Positions 1-9,174 of a DNA stretch of 38,986 nucleotides are shown here, one piece after another. The notes beneath the pieces were generated by a model, which searched no databases, had not been told where the DNA came from, and worked only from the letters and a program-made list of their open reading frames with translations. Source of the DNA: an uncultured Opitutales bacterium. Lineage in GTDB: Bacteria; Verrucomicrobiota; Verrucomicrobiia; Opitutales; UBA9783. The position numbers and the translations under genes were made by a program. How positions within the stretch are numbered: position 1 is the stretch's first letter; the number at the start of each line of letters is the position of its first letter. The stretch is taken from the NCBI GenBank assembly GCA_964582055.1, contig CAZOPT010000004.1:1-38986 (forward strand), in the 5' to 3' direction.

Positions 1-6
1 CCTTAT

Positions 7-321
7 TTACTTAAAAAACTTCTCTACAGCTTTATCCAAATCTCCTTCGTCGGGATAAACATCATTTGCAATCAACCGCTTTCCTTTAGTAATCCGCTCG
101 TGACTAACCGCATACACGGATTTTAAAAATTCCATTACCTGTTCTTCTGAATAATCGCTTACATGATTCAAAAAGTGACTTACACTGCTTGAAGAAAAAT
201 CTGTATTGCAAGTATCTTTTTTACCCATATTAGCAAATGTTTCGTAAGGTAAAAATACAGCAAAAAATTTCAATAGTAAAGCAAAAATTAATCCCTATCG
301 CTTTTTAAAAAAATAATTCAC
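7..321 (-). pseudogene. Small exported hypothetical protein, possibly interrupted by an in-frame TAG (intact portion 7..273)
   Basis: ORF 7..273 (88 aa) has no recognisable motif. Its frame extends upstream to a GTG at 321, reading MNYFFKKR*GLIFALLLKFFAVFLPYETFA, a signal-peptide-like N-terminus with a single TAG at 295-297. Confidence 0.4.
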
Positions 322-1087
322 ATCCCAATGCTATACTACAAAAATGAGAACGATGCGTAGCTGCATTAGCAATCGTCCAAGATTGGATACCACCTGTATT
401 GTAAGTAAAAATAGGCCCTACATACAAAGAAAAGTTTTCACGCAAATAACGTTTTAGCAAAAAAGCTGTTTCCATATACCAGTATTTGTGCCTACGATTT
501 AAACGACCACCTTCAAACTGAGCATAAGGACGGCGAGCCTTCAAAAGTCCTAAGGTATTTTTCCAAGACAACGTCAATTGCTTCCAATCAAAAACAGATA
601 AATCAAAATCATGGCCAAATTTAAGCTCGAAACATTTCTGACGTCGCTCTTGATCCCAACAGAAATAAATACTTGGATGCATCAATAAATCGGATCGAAC
701 ACCTGCATAAACCTCAGTCCAATGTCCAACACGCTCAAATCCTAAGCGTTGCAAAAAAACATAACGCACACCTAGATCCCACACAAAATGCTCCGTCAAT
801 TTTTTTAAAAAACCCCCAGAAAGCTTCCAACGATCTGAAAAAACATCCTTAGCTTGCAAGGGACAAAAGACATCCAAACCTCCATAAAGTCCCCATGTAC
901 CCTTTTGAATCACAACATCAGATATAACAACAATTCCTCGTTTCCCCACCAAACAACCGCGATCCATCGCTTCTGTTTTTACTTGAACCAGTGTTTTGTT
1001 TTTCACGCCATTTTCAGAAAAAGCAGAAAACAATAAACCCACACAAAACAAAGCAAAACAAACAACCTTTTTTGCTGAAAAACCCAT
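305..1087 (-). CDS. Putative outer-membrane beta-barrel protein (TorF/TIGR02001-like by resemblance)
   Basis: Signal peptide (MGFSAKKVVCFALFCVGLLFSAFS), amphipathic aromatic strands (WDLGVRY, TEVYAGVRSDLLMHPSIY) and a C-terminal Phe (LGCELFF). The family assignment is tentative. Confidence 0.6.
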   Translation of the reverse strand: MGFSAKKVVCFALFCVGLLFSAFSENGVKNKTLVQVKTEAMDRGCLVGKRGIVVISDVVIQKGTWGLYGGLDVFCPLQAKDVFSDRWKLSGGFLKKLTEHFVWDLGVRYVFLQRLGFERVGHWTEVYAGVRSDLLMHPSIYFCWDQERRQKCFELKFGHDFDLSVFDWKQLTLSWKNTLGLLKARRPYAQFEGGRLNRRHKYWYMETAFLLKRYLRENFSLYVGPIFTYNTGGIQSWTIANAATHRSHFCSIALGCELFF

Positions 1088-1129
1088 ACTTTTATTTCAT
1101 CGTCTTTTTTAAAAAAGTAAATAAAATTC

Positions 1130-1158
1130 TTGCTTTAATATAACAATAATCCTAAGTT
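1130..1158 (+). promoter_or_regulatory. Putative sigma70 promoter of ptsH
   Basis: TTGCTT (1130-1135), 17 nt, TAAGTT (1153-1158), ending 16 nt before the GTG start. Confidence 0.4.
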
Positions 1159-1174
1159 GTAGAAAAATCAGGTT

Positions 1175-1474
1175 GTGATAAAATTAACAGGAATAATTAC
1201 AGTAAGAAATAAAAAGGGATGGCATGCAAGGCCTTGCTCAAGGATCGTAAGACTATCAAAATTGCATCCTGATGTAACTATTTTTTTTGAAAAACTTGAT
1301 TGTTTATCTGAACATGCTTTAGGTAATAGCATTTTTGAGTTAATGAAATTAGGTGTGAACTATGGCGATAAGATAGGTTACACCTTACAAGGAGAAAATG
1401 AATCAGAAGTTCGCAATTTGTTTAAAGAAATAACAGATTTGAACGATTTACTGGTTAAAGAAGAAGATATATAA
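1175..1474 (+). CDS. ptsH: Phosphocarrier protein HPr
   Basis: NKKGWHARP (His15 site), NSIFELMKLG (Ser46 site) and typical size. Confidence 0.85.
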   Translation: MIKLTGIITVRNKKGWHARPCSRIVRLSKLHPDVTIFFEKLDCLSEHALGNSIFELMKLGVNYGDKIGYTLQGENESEVRNLFKEITDLNDLLVKEEDI

Positions 1475-1523
1475 CAATTTTCAATGTTCCAATTTTGAAA
1501 TTGCAAAAGATAACGATTCTTTA

Positions 1524-1553
1524 TTGACTTTTTTTGTATAATAAAGTTAAAGT
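1524..1553 (+). promoter_or_regulatory. Putative promoter of tRNA-Ser
   Basis: TTGACT (1524-1529), 18 nt, TAAAGT (1548-1553). A perfect TATAAT also lies at 1537-1542. Confidence 0.4.
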
Positions 1554-1571
1554 TATTCTACAAGTTTTAAA

Positions 1572-1664
1572 GGAGAGATGGCTGAGTGGTCTAAAGCGCC
1601 TTCCTGCTAAGAAGGTAAGTTCTCAAAAAGGGCTTCGAGGGTTCAAATCCCTCTCTCTCCGCCA
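1572..1664 (+). tRNA. tRNA-Ser(GCT)
   Basis: GGAGAGA/TCTCTCC acceptor stem, anticodon arm CCTTC-CTGCTAA-GAAGG, long variable arm, GTTCAAATCC T-loop, G discriminator and encoded CCA. Confidence 0.97.
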
Positions 1665-2012
1665 GAGGTTAAAATTGTTTTAAAAAAGTTTCCTTAAGTG
1701 TTGTTTTTAAAGGAGTGTTTTCTTCTTTATCTTAAAGCATATGTTGAAATTTTATAATTACTTTCTCTTGCTTTGTATTATATGCTCTAAATTTCATTTT
1801 ATAACAAGTGAAAAAAACATCATTATCAATAATTTTATTTAAAAGAATTGTAGAAACCCTAATCTTTTTAAAATATTTTATTATAGCATCGCTTGATACT
1901 GATTTTAACCCTATCAAATCTATCAATACCGACAAATAAGCTTCTTAAAAACGAACTCATTCCAAAAAAGCTAAAACTTTCTCATATTTGGCTTGCTTAA
2001 ATAGAGTTTTTT

Positions 2013-3221
2013 ATGAAAGATAAAAGTGGTATGGAAGACAACTTTTCGTTCACTATTACTGCAAAAACAAATGAAGGAAGAGCCCATTGCGGAGAAATTC
2101 GAACACCACATGGAATAGTTGAGACACCTAATTTCATTTTTTGTGCAACACATGGAGCGATTAAAGGTTGTACCATGGAGCAAATACGTTCTATTGGAGC
2201 ACAATTTGTTCTAGGAAATACCTATCATTTATGGCTGCAACCCGGTCCAGAGGTGGTTGAAAAGCACGGTGGTTTGCAACGATTTACCGGTTGGAATGGA
2301 CCCATGTTAACCGATTCGGGTGGCTTCCAAATCTTTAGTTTAGGTCACGGTGGAGTTGTCGATGAAATTAAGGGCAAAAAAGATCGTTCGTCTCGGCCAA
2401 AATCTTTATTAAACATAACTGAAGAAGGAGCTTTATTTCGATCATATTCTAATGGTGGCCTTTGTTTTCTAACCCCTGAACGTTCCATACAAATCCAGCA
2501 AAAATTAGGCGCTGATTTCATTTTGCCTCTAGATGAATGCACACCATTCCATATGGAAAAACACCAAACAAATACCTCTATGCTGCGTAGTCATCGTTGG
2601 GAACAGAGGAGTATAAATCAATTTTTTGCTAATTATAACACGCGTCAACGGCTTTATGGAATTGTTCAAGGAGGAATCTATGAAGACCTCAGGCAAGAGA
2701 GTGCAGATTTTGTAAACAATCAACCTTTTTTTGGTCAAGCTATCGGTGGAAGTTTAGGAGGTGATAAAGATCAAATGTATGCTGTCGTTGACTTAACCAT
2801 GCGATATTTAGTCCAAAATCGTCCAACACATTTGTTGGGTATTGGTGGTTTACGTGATATTTTGGAGGGCGTACAATCCGGTGTTGACACTTTTGATTGC
2901 GTTCACCCAACACGTATTGCACGTCATGGGTGCGCCTTAATTTCAAAACCTGAAACAGATTTCGCCAAAGAACATATTAATTTAAAAAATAAAGCCTATC
3001 GCGAAGATTTCAATCCTATTGATGATCAATGTGATTGCTATACGTGTCGCAATTTTTCGCGTGCTTATTTACATCATTTATTTAAAGCAAAAGAAAGTAC
3101 GGGGGGTTTACTTTTAACCATACATAATGCACGTTTTATGATGCGTTGGATGGAAGCAATTCGTTCTGCAATTCGTGAAAATCGCTGGGAAGAATTTTTC
3201 AAACAACATCGTTCGCTTTGA
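2013..3221 (+). CDS. tgt: tRNA-guanine transglycosylase
   Basis: NTYHL, TDSGGFQ, LDEC, GIVQGG, HLLGIG, DTFDCVHPTR and Zn site CDCYTC...HN. Confidence 0.97.
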   Translation: MKDKSGMEDNFSFTITAKTNEGRAHCGEIRTPHGIVETPNFIFCATHGAIKGCTMEQIRSIGAQFVLGNTYHLWLQPGPEVVEKHGGLQRFTGWNGPMLTDSGGFQIFSLGHGGVVDEIKGKKDRSSRPKSLLNITEEGALFRSYSNGGLCFLTPERSIQIQQKLGADFILPLDECTPFHMEKHQTNTSMLRSHRWEQRSINQFFANYNTRQRLYGIVQGGIYEDLRQESADFVNNQPFFGQAIGGSLGGDKDQMYAVVDLTMRYLVQNRPTHLLGIGGLRDILEGVQSGVDTFDCVHPTRIARHGCALISKPETDFAKEHINLKNKAYREDFNPIDDQCDCYTCRNFSRAYLHHLFKAKESTGGLLLTIHNARFMMRWMEAIRSAIRENRWEEFFKQHRSL

Positions 3222-3311
3222 AACAAGGACAATTTATCTCATTTGACCTAATAGAGTTCCTGCAAAATTCGAAAAATAAAAAACTTATCAAACCGCATCA
3301 ACATTAAGCTA

Positions 3312-3332
3312 AACACTCCTTTTATGAGTGTT
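3312..3332. terminator. Hairpin between convergent tgt and rsmE
   Basis: AACACTC-CTTTTAT-GAGTGTT 7-bp stem with no strong U-tract. Confidence 0.3.
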
Positions 3333-3451
3333 AAACCTTTTGACGTCATTTTTTGCTTTCTGCTTCAACTTTGGCTGAATATCTATTAACATCCCTTTTT
3401 TCAAATAACTTTAATAAGGCATATAAATATAGTTTTTAGAGGAAAAAATTT

Positions 3452-4189
3452 TTACACAAACTTCTCTCCTACCTTAACGGCTGTAACTAAACTAACAACA
3501 GCAGTTTCAGTACGCAAAACACAAGTAGGTAGGCAAATTCCAGATGAAAATTCACTTAAATACTGTTCTTCATTTTCTGAAAAACCCCCTTCTGGACCAA
3601 CAATAATCGAATAAAGTCTTGACAGTTTTTCTTGTACACCATGATAAATTTTTCCATTCAAACTACCATGAAAACAACAACCCAATACTTTCCAATTTAC
3701 ATTCGAAATAGTTTTAGGCCGGAAAATTTGTGGCAAATAAGGATTTTTGGCCTGCTTACAAGATTCAATCAAGATACGTTGGAAACGATCCGTTCGCTTT
3801 TTCCAAATTTCAGAAGCCCATTGCTTATGTTCTGAACGCTCTCCAAGAACAGTATAAATGCCATGAATACCCAATTCACAACATTTTCGCAAAACAATTT
3901 CAAAAGTAGCCACGTTATTGGGCAAAAATTGAACAAGATTATACTGTTTTGAAGATTGCTGGATTTTCTCAAAATCGCTTTTAAAATGGATGAAACCTTG
4001 CTTAGCAGTTAAAACTAAGGTTCCTAAACGCACACCGCCTTTTCCATCAAAAGCAATCAAACATTCACCATTTTTACAACGTAAAACAAATGCTACATGA
4101 TGAAATTCTTCTTCGGGCAAAGAAAAAACATCCATACCTTCAAGCAAATTTGGAGTAAATACCCAAGGATAACACCAGATTTGCTTCAT
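3452..4189 (-). CDS. rsmE: 16S rRNA m3U1498 methyltransferase
   Basis: HHVAFVLR, RKCCELGI, IESCKQA, IVGPEGGFS, VLRTETA. 4-nt overlap with clpX. Confidence 0.92.
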   Translation of the reverse strand: MKQIWCYPWVFTPNLLEGMDVFSLPEEEFHHVAFVLRCKNGECLIAFDGKGGVRLGTLVLTAKQGFIHFKSDFEKIQQSSKQYNLVQFLPNNVATFEIVLRKCCELGIHGIYTVLGERSEHKQWASEIWKKRTDRFQRILIESCKQAKNPYLPQIFRPKTISNVNWKVLGCCFHGSLNGKIYHGVQEKLSRLYSIIVGPEGGFSENEEQYLSEFSSGICLPTCVLRTETAVVSLVTAVKVGEKFV

Positions 4190-5514
4190 TTCATCAATGG
4201 ACGTGCGCCTTTTTGCACAACTTCTTCGGTAATCATTACTGATCGAATGGATTTATCTTTAGAAACCACAAAAAAGATATCCAACATAAAACGCTCGATA
4301 ATAGACCGCAAGGCACGCGCGCCAGTTTTTAATTCCAACGCCTGCTGAACAATGGCATCAATCGCGTATTCCGTAAACTCTAAATGTACAGATTCCATTG
4401 CAAAAAGCTTTTCATATTGTTTAAGAATCGCATTTTGAGTCTTTGTAAGAATAAAAATCAAATCTTCCTTAGTCAATTCGCGCAATACAGAAACAATTGG
4501 TAAACGTCCCACAAATTCTGGAATCATTCCAAACTTTATTAAATCCTCCGGTTGTACATGAGCTTCAATCAATTCTGCACTTTCCAGATTTTTAGTCACA
4601 TCTTTGTTAAATCCTAACACTTGATGGCCTACACGATGAGATACAATTTTATCCAAACCAACAAAAGCCCCACCACAAATAAACAAAATATTCGCGGTAT
4701 TGATTCGAATGTATTCTTGATCAGGATGCTTTCTCCCACCTTTTGGCGGAATATTACATTCTGTACCTTCCAAAATCTTTAATAAAGCTTGCTGAACGCC
4801 TTCTCCAGAAACATCACGCGAAATTGAAACATTATCCGTTTTTCGACCAATTTTATCAATTTCATCCACATAAATAATACCCATTTCTGCGCGTTTTACA
4901 TTATAATCAGCAGCTTGCAAAAGGCGAAGTACGATATTTTCTACATCCTCACCTACATAACCAGCTTCAGTCAATGTAGTCGCATCTGCAATGGCAAATG
5001 GTACATTCAACAAACGCGCCAAAGTACGTGCGAGTAATGTTTTTCCACTTCCTGTAGGTCCTACAAAAAGGATATTACTTTTATCAACTTCTACATTTTG
5101 TAAATCATCAGATAACTTTACCGTAAAGCTTAAATCATTGTTTTTATCCAACAAATCTAAACCTTTTTGAAGTACCAAGCGCTTATAGTGATTATAAACA
5201 GCAACAGCCAATGTCTTTTTAGCATGTTCTTGACCTACAACAAAACGATCTAATTCAGCTTTAATGACATGCGGCGGCAAAACTTTCAAACATGGAACTT
5301 CTGTTGAAACTTCCTTGTTTAAACCTTCTTGTGCTTCTAACGTTTCACCTTCTATTGGCCTCAAATCTTTTCCATTTGATGACTCCAACATAGAACGACA
5401 AATACCCAAACAATCGGTACAAATAGCTGCCGTTCCATTAGGTGACGTTACCAAATTTTTTACTTGGCTCGCATGTCGACCGCAAAACGAACAAAACAAG
5501 GTATCTTTACTCAT
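4186..5514 (-). CDS. clpX: ATP-dependent Clp protease ATPase subunit ClpX
   Basis: CSFC...CTDC zinc finger, [36 protein letters not shown]. Start moved to MSKDT (5514), overlapping the clpP stop. Confidence 0.98.
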   Translation of the reverse strand: MSKDTLFCSFCGRHASQVKNLVTSPNGTAAICTDCLGICRSMLESSNGKDLRPIEGETLEAQEGLNKEVSTEVPCLKVLPPHVIKAELDRFVVGQEHAKKTLAVAVYNHYKRLVLQKGLDLLDKNNDLSFTVKLSDDLQNVEVDKSNILFVGPTGSGKTLLARTLARLLNVPFAIADATTLTEAGYVGEDVENIVLRLLQAADYNVKRAEMGIIYVDEIDKIGRKTDNVSISRDVSGEGVQQALLKILEGTECNIPPKGGRKHPDQEYIRINTANILFICGGAFVGLDKIVSHRVGHQVLGFNKDVTKNLESAELIEAHVQPEDLIKFGMIPEFVGRLPIVSVLRELTKEDLIFILTKTQNAILKQYEKLFAMESVHLEFTEYAIDAIVQQALELKTGARALRSIIERFMLDIFFVVSKDKSIRSVMITEEVVQKGARPLMK

Positions 5515-6121
5515 TCGATGCTTGCATCTTTTCCGGATTATTGACAATCACATGATCTACCAATCCATATTCTCTTGCTTCATTGGCTGACAAGAAAAAA
5601 TCACGATCTGAATCCTTTTCAATTTGCTCAACCGATTTCGCACTATGCTGCGCTAAAATAGAATTAATTGTAGAACGCCAACGTAGAATTTCTTTTGCTG
5701 CAATCGAAATATCAGATGCTTGACCAGTTACACCACCAGAAGGTTGATGAATCATAACCCGACTGTGAGGCAACGCATAACGTTTACCTCGTGTGCCTGC
5801 TGCTAGTAAAACTGTCGCCATGCTTGCTGCTTGCCCCACACAATAAGTTACAATATCACAATGCAAAAAATTCATCGTATCATAAATTGCCATACCAGCA
5901 GTTACACTACCTCCAGGACAATTGATATACATATGAACATCCTTTTTAGGATCCTCCATCTGCAAAAACAATAACTGAGCAATAACGGCATTTGCAACAA
6001 AATCATCAATGGGAGTACCAACAAAAACAATACGATCTTTCAGCAAACGACTATAAATATCCCAAGCCTTTTCGCCGCGACCATCACGCTCATAAACATA
6101 AGGTAAAGGTAAATAGGTCAT
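5507..6121 (-). CDS. clpP: Clp protease proteolytic subunit
   Basis: [37 protein letters not shown]. Confidence 0.98.
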   Translation of the reverse strand: MTYLPLPYVYERDGRGEKAWDIYSRLLKDRIVFVGTPIDDFVANAVIAQLLFLQMEDPKKDVHMYINCPGGSVTAGMAIYDTMNFLHCDIVTYCVGQAASMATVLLAAGTRGKRYALPHSRVMIHQPSGGVTGQASDISIAAKEILRWRSTINSILAQHSAKSVEQIEKDSDRDFFLSANEAREYGLVDHVIVNNPEKMQASNE

Positions 6122-6124
6122 AAC

Positions 6125-7429
6125 TTATTTCTTAGAATTTTCGCGTAAAATATCAAACAACCAATTAATCATTTTTGCTTGAAAGGCCTTGTTCTGAATA
6201 GCGTTACGTTCGCGTTCATCTTTTCGAACAAGCTGTAAAAGTTTTTGCGGCGTTATATGGCGTTGAGCCGCTTCTTGAACAAGAACTAACTCAATATCAC
6301 GCGTATCTACTTTTAATTTTTCCTCACTAAAAATCTTTTCAAAGCACAAATTAAGTTTGATCCGATCACATGCAACGGTTCTTGCACGTTCTACCAAAGC
6401 TTCTTTTTGCTCTTCTAACATACCTTGTTTAATGCCGTGTGAAGAAAATAAGTTCACCATTTCTTGCAAAACTTTATTCGTCTCAGAATTTACCCAAGAA
6501 GAAGGGATTTCACAGGTAACCGACTGAATCAGAAATTCCGAAATCCGTTGTTTTTGCTGGGCTGCATACTCTTGTTCTTTACGATTGGATAATGTTTTTT
6601 GAGCAAAAGCTTCCAATTCTGACTTATCTTTGACTTGCAATTTCTTGAAAAATTCCTCATCTAAAGCCGGTAACTTAACTTCACGAACTTCAAGAATTTC
6701 TACCTTATAAATAGCTTCCTTATTTTGCAATTCTTTAACGGCAAATGTAGCTGGCAACTGAACTTTAAATTCCTTTTTATCCCCAACCTTCAAACCTTTA
6801 ATACCTTTGACAAGCTCAGGAATTCCAGGTGTTTCTTGCGCATCAACCTCTTCCCAAGTCATTTTTTGCTTGGCCCAAAGGTGCGGCAAACCTTGATAAG
6901 AATCAATCGGCTGATCGTCTATAAAACCTTCATAAGACAATTTTACATAATCCTTAGATTGAGCTTCACGCTCTACAACTTCGTAAGACGCTTGTTGCTT
7001 TTGAAGACGTTCAATAAAGTCGTTCACTTCGGCCTCTGAAATATCAAAATCGGCTTTATCTAATTGAAAACTTTTATAATCTGGCAAAGCAATTTCTGGA
7101 GCTAATTCCACTTCTAAATGTAATTCTTGTCCCTTGTCTTTGTCGCTAAAATCAGACTTTACAACCGCAACTACATCTAACTTATCGGATTGCTTCAAAT
7201 GCTCCAAAGACTTTACAACTAACCCTTGATGAAATTCCTGCAAAAGAGCTTCAGAATAACGCTGCTCCAACAGTTCCAAAGGAACTTTGCCTTTTCTAAA
7301 ACCAGGCAAAGCTGCATCTTTTTGCACTTTTTTCAAAACAGTCAAATGAACATCTTTACACATGTCCTCTTCAAATGTGACTGTTACTTTTTTAGATACT
7401 GTATTAATAGATTCAATATGTGTTTTCAC
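6125..7429 (-). CDS. tig: Trigger factor
   Basis: PGFRKGKVP signature, 434 aa, tig-clpP-clpX order, AAGGA before the GTG start. Confidence 0.95.
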   Translation of the reverse strand: MKTHIESINTVSKKVTVTFEEDMCKDVHLTVLKKVQKDAALPGFRKGKVPLELLEQRYSEALLQEFHQGLVVKSLEHLKQSDKLDVVAVVKSDFSDKDKGQELHLEVELAPEIALPDYKSFQLDKADFDISEAEVNDFIERLQKQQASYEVVEREAQSKDYVKLSYEGFIDDQPIDSYQGLPHLWAKQKMTWEEVDAQETPGIPELVKGIKGLKVGDKKEFKVQLPATFAVKELQNKEAIYKVEILEVREVKLPALDEEFFKKLQVKDKSELEAFAQKTLSNRKEQEYAAQQKQRISEFLIQSVTCEIPSSWVNSETNKVLQEMVNLFSSHGIKQGMLEEQKEALVERARTVACDRIKLNLCFEKIFSEEKLKVDTRDIELVLVQEAAQRHITPQKLLQLVRKDERERNAIQNKAFQAKMINWLFDILRENSKK

Positions 7430-7443
7430 AAAATTCCTTTGTT

Positions 7444-7860
7444 CTATTTTTTCACACTAAATGATCCAGGGCCTATAAACGAAAAGGCCAAACTTAAAAT
7501 AATTAAAAAATTTAAAGGCGTATACGGCGGTAAAAATAAAAATTTCCATGACAAGGCAGGCCAAGCTCCTACTAATCCAATTATAAATAATGCAACAGTC
7601 GCCAATCGAAAATAAAATCCTAATACGATAAATAAACCTGTCCAAATAAAGGTAAATGCCGTAAAAATCCCCCAAAAAATATCTGAAAAAGGGAAGTGCA
7701 GAGCTGTAGCTGCACGTCCCAAATGCTTTAAAAGAAAAACATCTCTAAAACAAACAATACTATAAATAATCAAACATACTCCGAAGAAAAATCGAATCAA
7801 AAGCAGGCCAAAATTCTCCTTTTCTAACCAACGACCCAATTTTGCAAACCACGCGAGCAT
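7444..7860 (-). CDS. DoxX-like membrane protein
   Basis: About 4 TM segments, GLLLIRFFFG, LGFYFRLA and C-terminal GPGSFSV, typical of DoxX. Confidence 0.7.
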   Translation of the reverse strand: MLAWFAKLGRWLEKENFGLLLIRFFFGVCLIIYSIVCFRDVFLLKHLGRAATALHFPFSDIFWGIFTAFTFIWTGLFIVLGFYFRLATVALFIIGLVGAWPALSWKFLFLPPYTPLNFLIILSLAFSFIGPGSFSVKK

Positions 7861-7871
7861 GCTTATCGAAC

Positions 7872-8147
7872 TTACTTATTCTCACTTACCGCTTTTTCAA
7901 CCTTTTTAGCATGAGCAGCTGGTTTTGTTGGGAAATTCTTTTCTACTTTTTTGAAATAATAATGATCGGTAGCTTCATCATACTCCAAAATATAAGCGTC
8001 TTTACCCTTGGAAGCATCCCCCCAAAAAACAGCTGATTTACCCGTACGAGGACTTATGAAGTCTTGAGCAACATAATCAGCAATTGAAGATAAACCACTT
8101 AGAGCAAACAAAACTGCTCCTAAAACAATATATCGATTTTTTTTCAT
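7872..8147 (-). CDS. Small secreted hypothetical protein
   Basis: Signal peptide MKKNRYIVLGAVLFALSGLSSIA and Lys/Ala-rich tail. Co-oriented with doxX-tig. Confidence 0.65.
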   Translation of the reverse strand: MKKNRYIVLGAVLFALSGLSSIADYVAQDFISPRTGKSAVFWGDASKGKDAYILEYDEATDHYYFKKVEKNFPTKPAAHAKKVEKAVSENK

Positions 8148-8289
8148 ATTAGTTTAAAGAAGTTACATTAGAAATCTTTGACTACTTCATTCACAACGTC
8201 AAGCCTTTTGAAGAAAAAGTAATCATTAGAACAAAAATGGAGAAACTTTAAAAATAACAAAGTATTTAATAAAAAACATACCAGAAAAA

Positions 8290-8366
8290 TGGCACCCTGT
8301 AGGAGATTCGAACTCCTGTTGTCGAGATGAGAACCCGATGTCCTGGACCAACTAGACGAACAGGGC
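8290..8366 (-). tRNA. tRNA-Glu(CTC)
   Basis: Minus strand reads GCCCTGTTCGTCTAGTTGGTCCAGGACA-TCGGG-TTCTCAT-CTCGA-CAACAGGAGTTCGAATCTCCTACAGGGTGCCA. Confidence 0.95.
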
Positions 8367-8441
8367 AAAAGAATTACAAAATAAACGTGTAATAAAATTT
8401 AAAACAAAGCAAGTCTTATTTTCATAAATTCTTTAAAACCG

Positions 8442-8468
8442 AAAAACACACCCGAAGGTGTGCTTTTT
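8442..8468 (-). terminator. Intrinsic terminator of the OMP gene
   Basis: Minus strand CACACC-TTCG-GGTGTG (cUUCGg tetraloop) followed by TTTTT, about 20 nt after the stop. Confidence 0.85.
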
Positions 8469-8487
8469 CTAAAGTTTGTAACAACAA

Positions 8488-9078
8488 TTAGAAGTTGTAA
8501 CGCAAACCAAGCTCTAAGCTATTTTGCAAAGGAGTTTTGATCTTAGCTCCATCACCAACCTTAACTTTGCTGGTTCCGAATAAACGATAACCTGCTTCAA
8601 CAGTCCAGTTTTCGTTGATGTCATAAGCAACACCAGCCAATACTTGCCATGCGAAAACGCTCTTTCCAAATTCAGCCTTGCTAGCTCTGTCAACGAAGTT
8701 GAATTTAGCTACACCCAAACCGGCACCAACATACAAAGAACATTCTTCAGTCAAAGCATAATCATAGTAAACATTAATCATACCAGCCAAAGCATTAACT
8801 TTGTTAGTATCATCTAGATCAATATTAACATTGTCAGAACGTTTGATCTTATTTTGACGATAAGAAACTTCCAATCCTAAGCGCCATGCATCATAAGAGA
8901 CACCAAATTCAACCGCACCATTGAAACCATTTTTGTACTTGATGCTATCTTTTTTGGTCAAGATCGAGTATCCACCTTTAACTGCAACATATGGGTTGAA
9001 GGAAGAAACTGCATTTTCTGCTGCGAACAAGCTACCAGCAACTAAGCTGAAGCTACCTAATAATACTTTTTTATTCAT
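8488..9078 (-). CDS. Small 8-stranded outer-membrane beta-barrel (opacity/OmpA-TM/Msp-like surface protein)
   Basis: Signal peptide, RLGLEVSY, MINVYYD, YVGAGLGVA, FAWQVLAGVAYDI, EAGYRLF, terminal GLRYNF. Confidence 0.88.
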   Translation of the reverse strand: MNKKVLLGSFSLVAGSLFAAENAVSSFNPYVAVKGGYSILTKKDSIKYKNGFNGAVEFGVSYDAWRLGLEVSYRQNKIKRSDNVNIDLDDTNKVNALAGMINVYYDYALTEECSLYVGAGLGVAKFNFVDRASKAEFGKSVFAWQVLAGVAYDINENWTVEAGYRLFGTSKVKVGDGAKIKTPLQNSLELGLRYNF

Positions 9079-9098
9079 TTTATTTTATCTTTCTATTT

Positions 9099-9155
9099 TG
9101 TCAGCCAAAATTAGCTAACATAAACTATTAGAAGAAATTACAAAAATTTTGTCAA
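9099..9155 (-). promoter_or_regulatory. Near-consensus sigma70 promoter plus 5'-UTR stem-loop of the OMP gene
   Basis: TTGACA (9155-9150), 17 nt, TCTAAT (9132-9127), then hairpin TGTTAGCT-AATTTT-GGCTGACA (9120-9099). Confidence 0.7.
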
Positions 9156-9174
9156 GCCTTTTAGACTAAGTCTT

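Noticed and set aside
1732-1935. 67-aa TTG-start ORF after tRNA-Ser
   Set aside because: Low-complexity Ile/Lys composition expected from AT-rich non-coding DNA.
1709-3322. 12-bp inverted repeat (AAAGGAGTGTTT / AAACACTCCTTT) flanking tgt
   Set aside because: No transposase, recombinase or target duplication. Plausible by chance.
3309-3392. 27-aa ORF MLIDIQPKLKQKAKNDVKRFNTHKRSV downstream of rsmE
   Set aside because: Too short, no motif or coupling, and it overlaps a probable terminator hairpin.
8168-8368. 66-aa ORF on the minus strand
   Set aside because: Runs through the tRNA-Glu gene.
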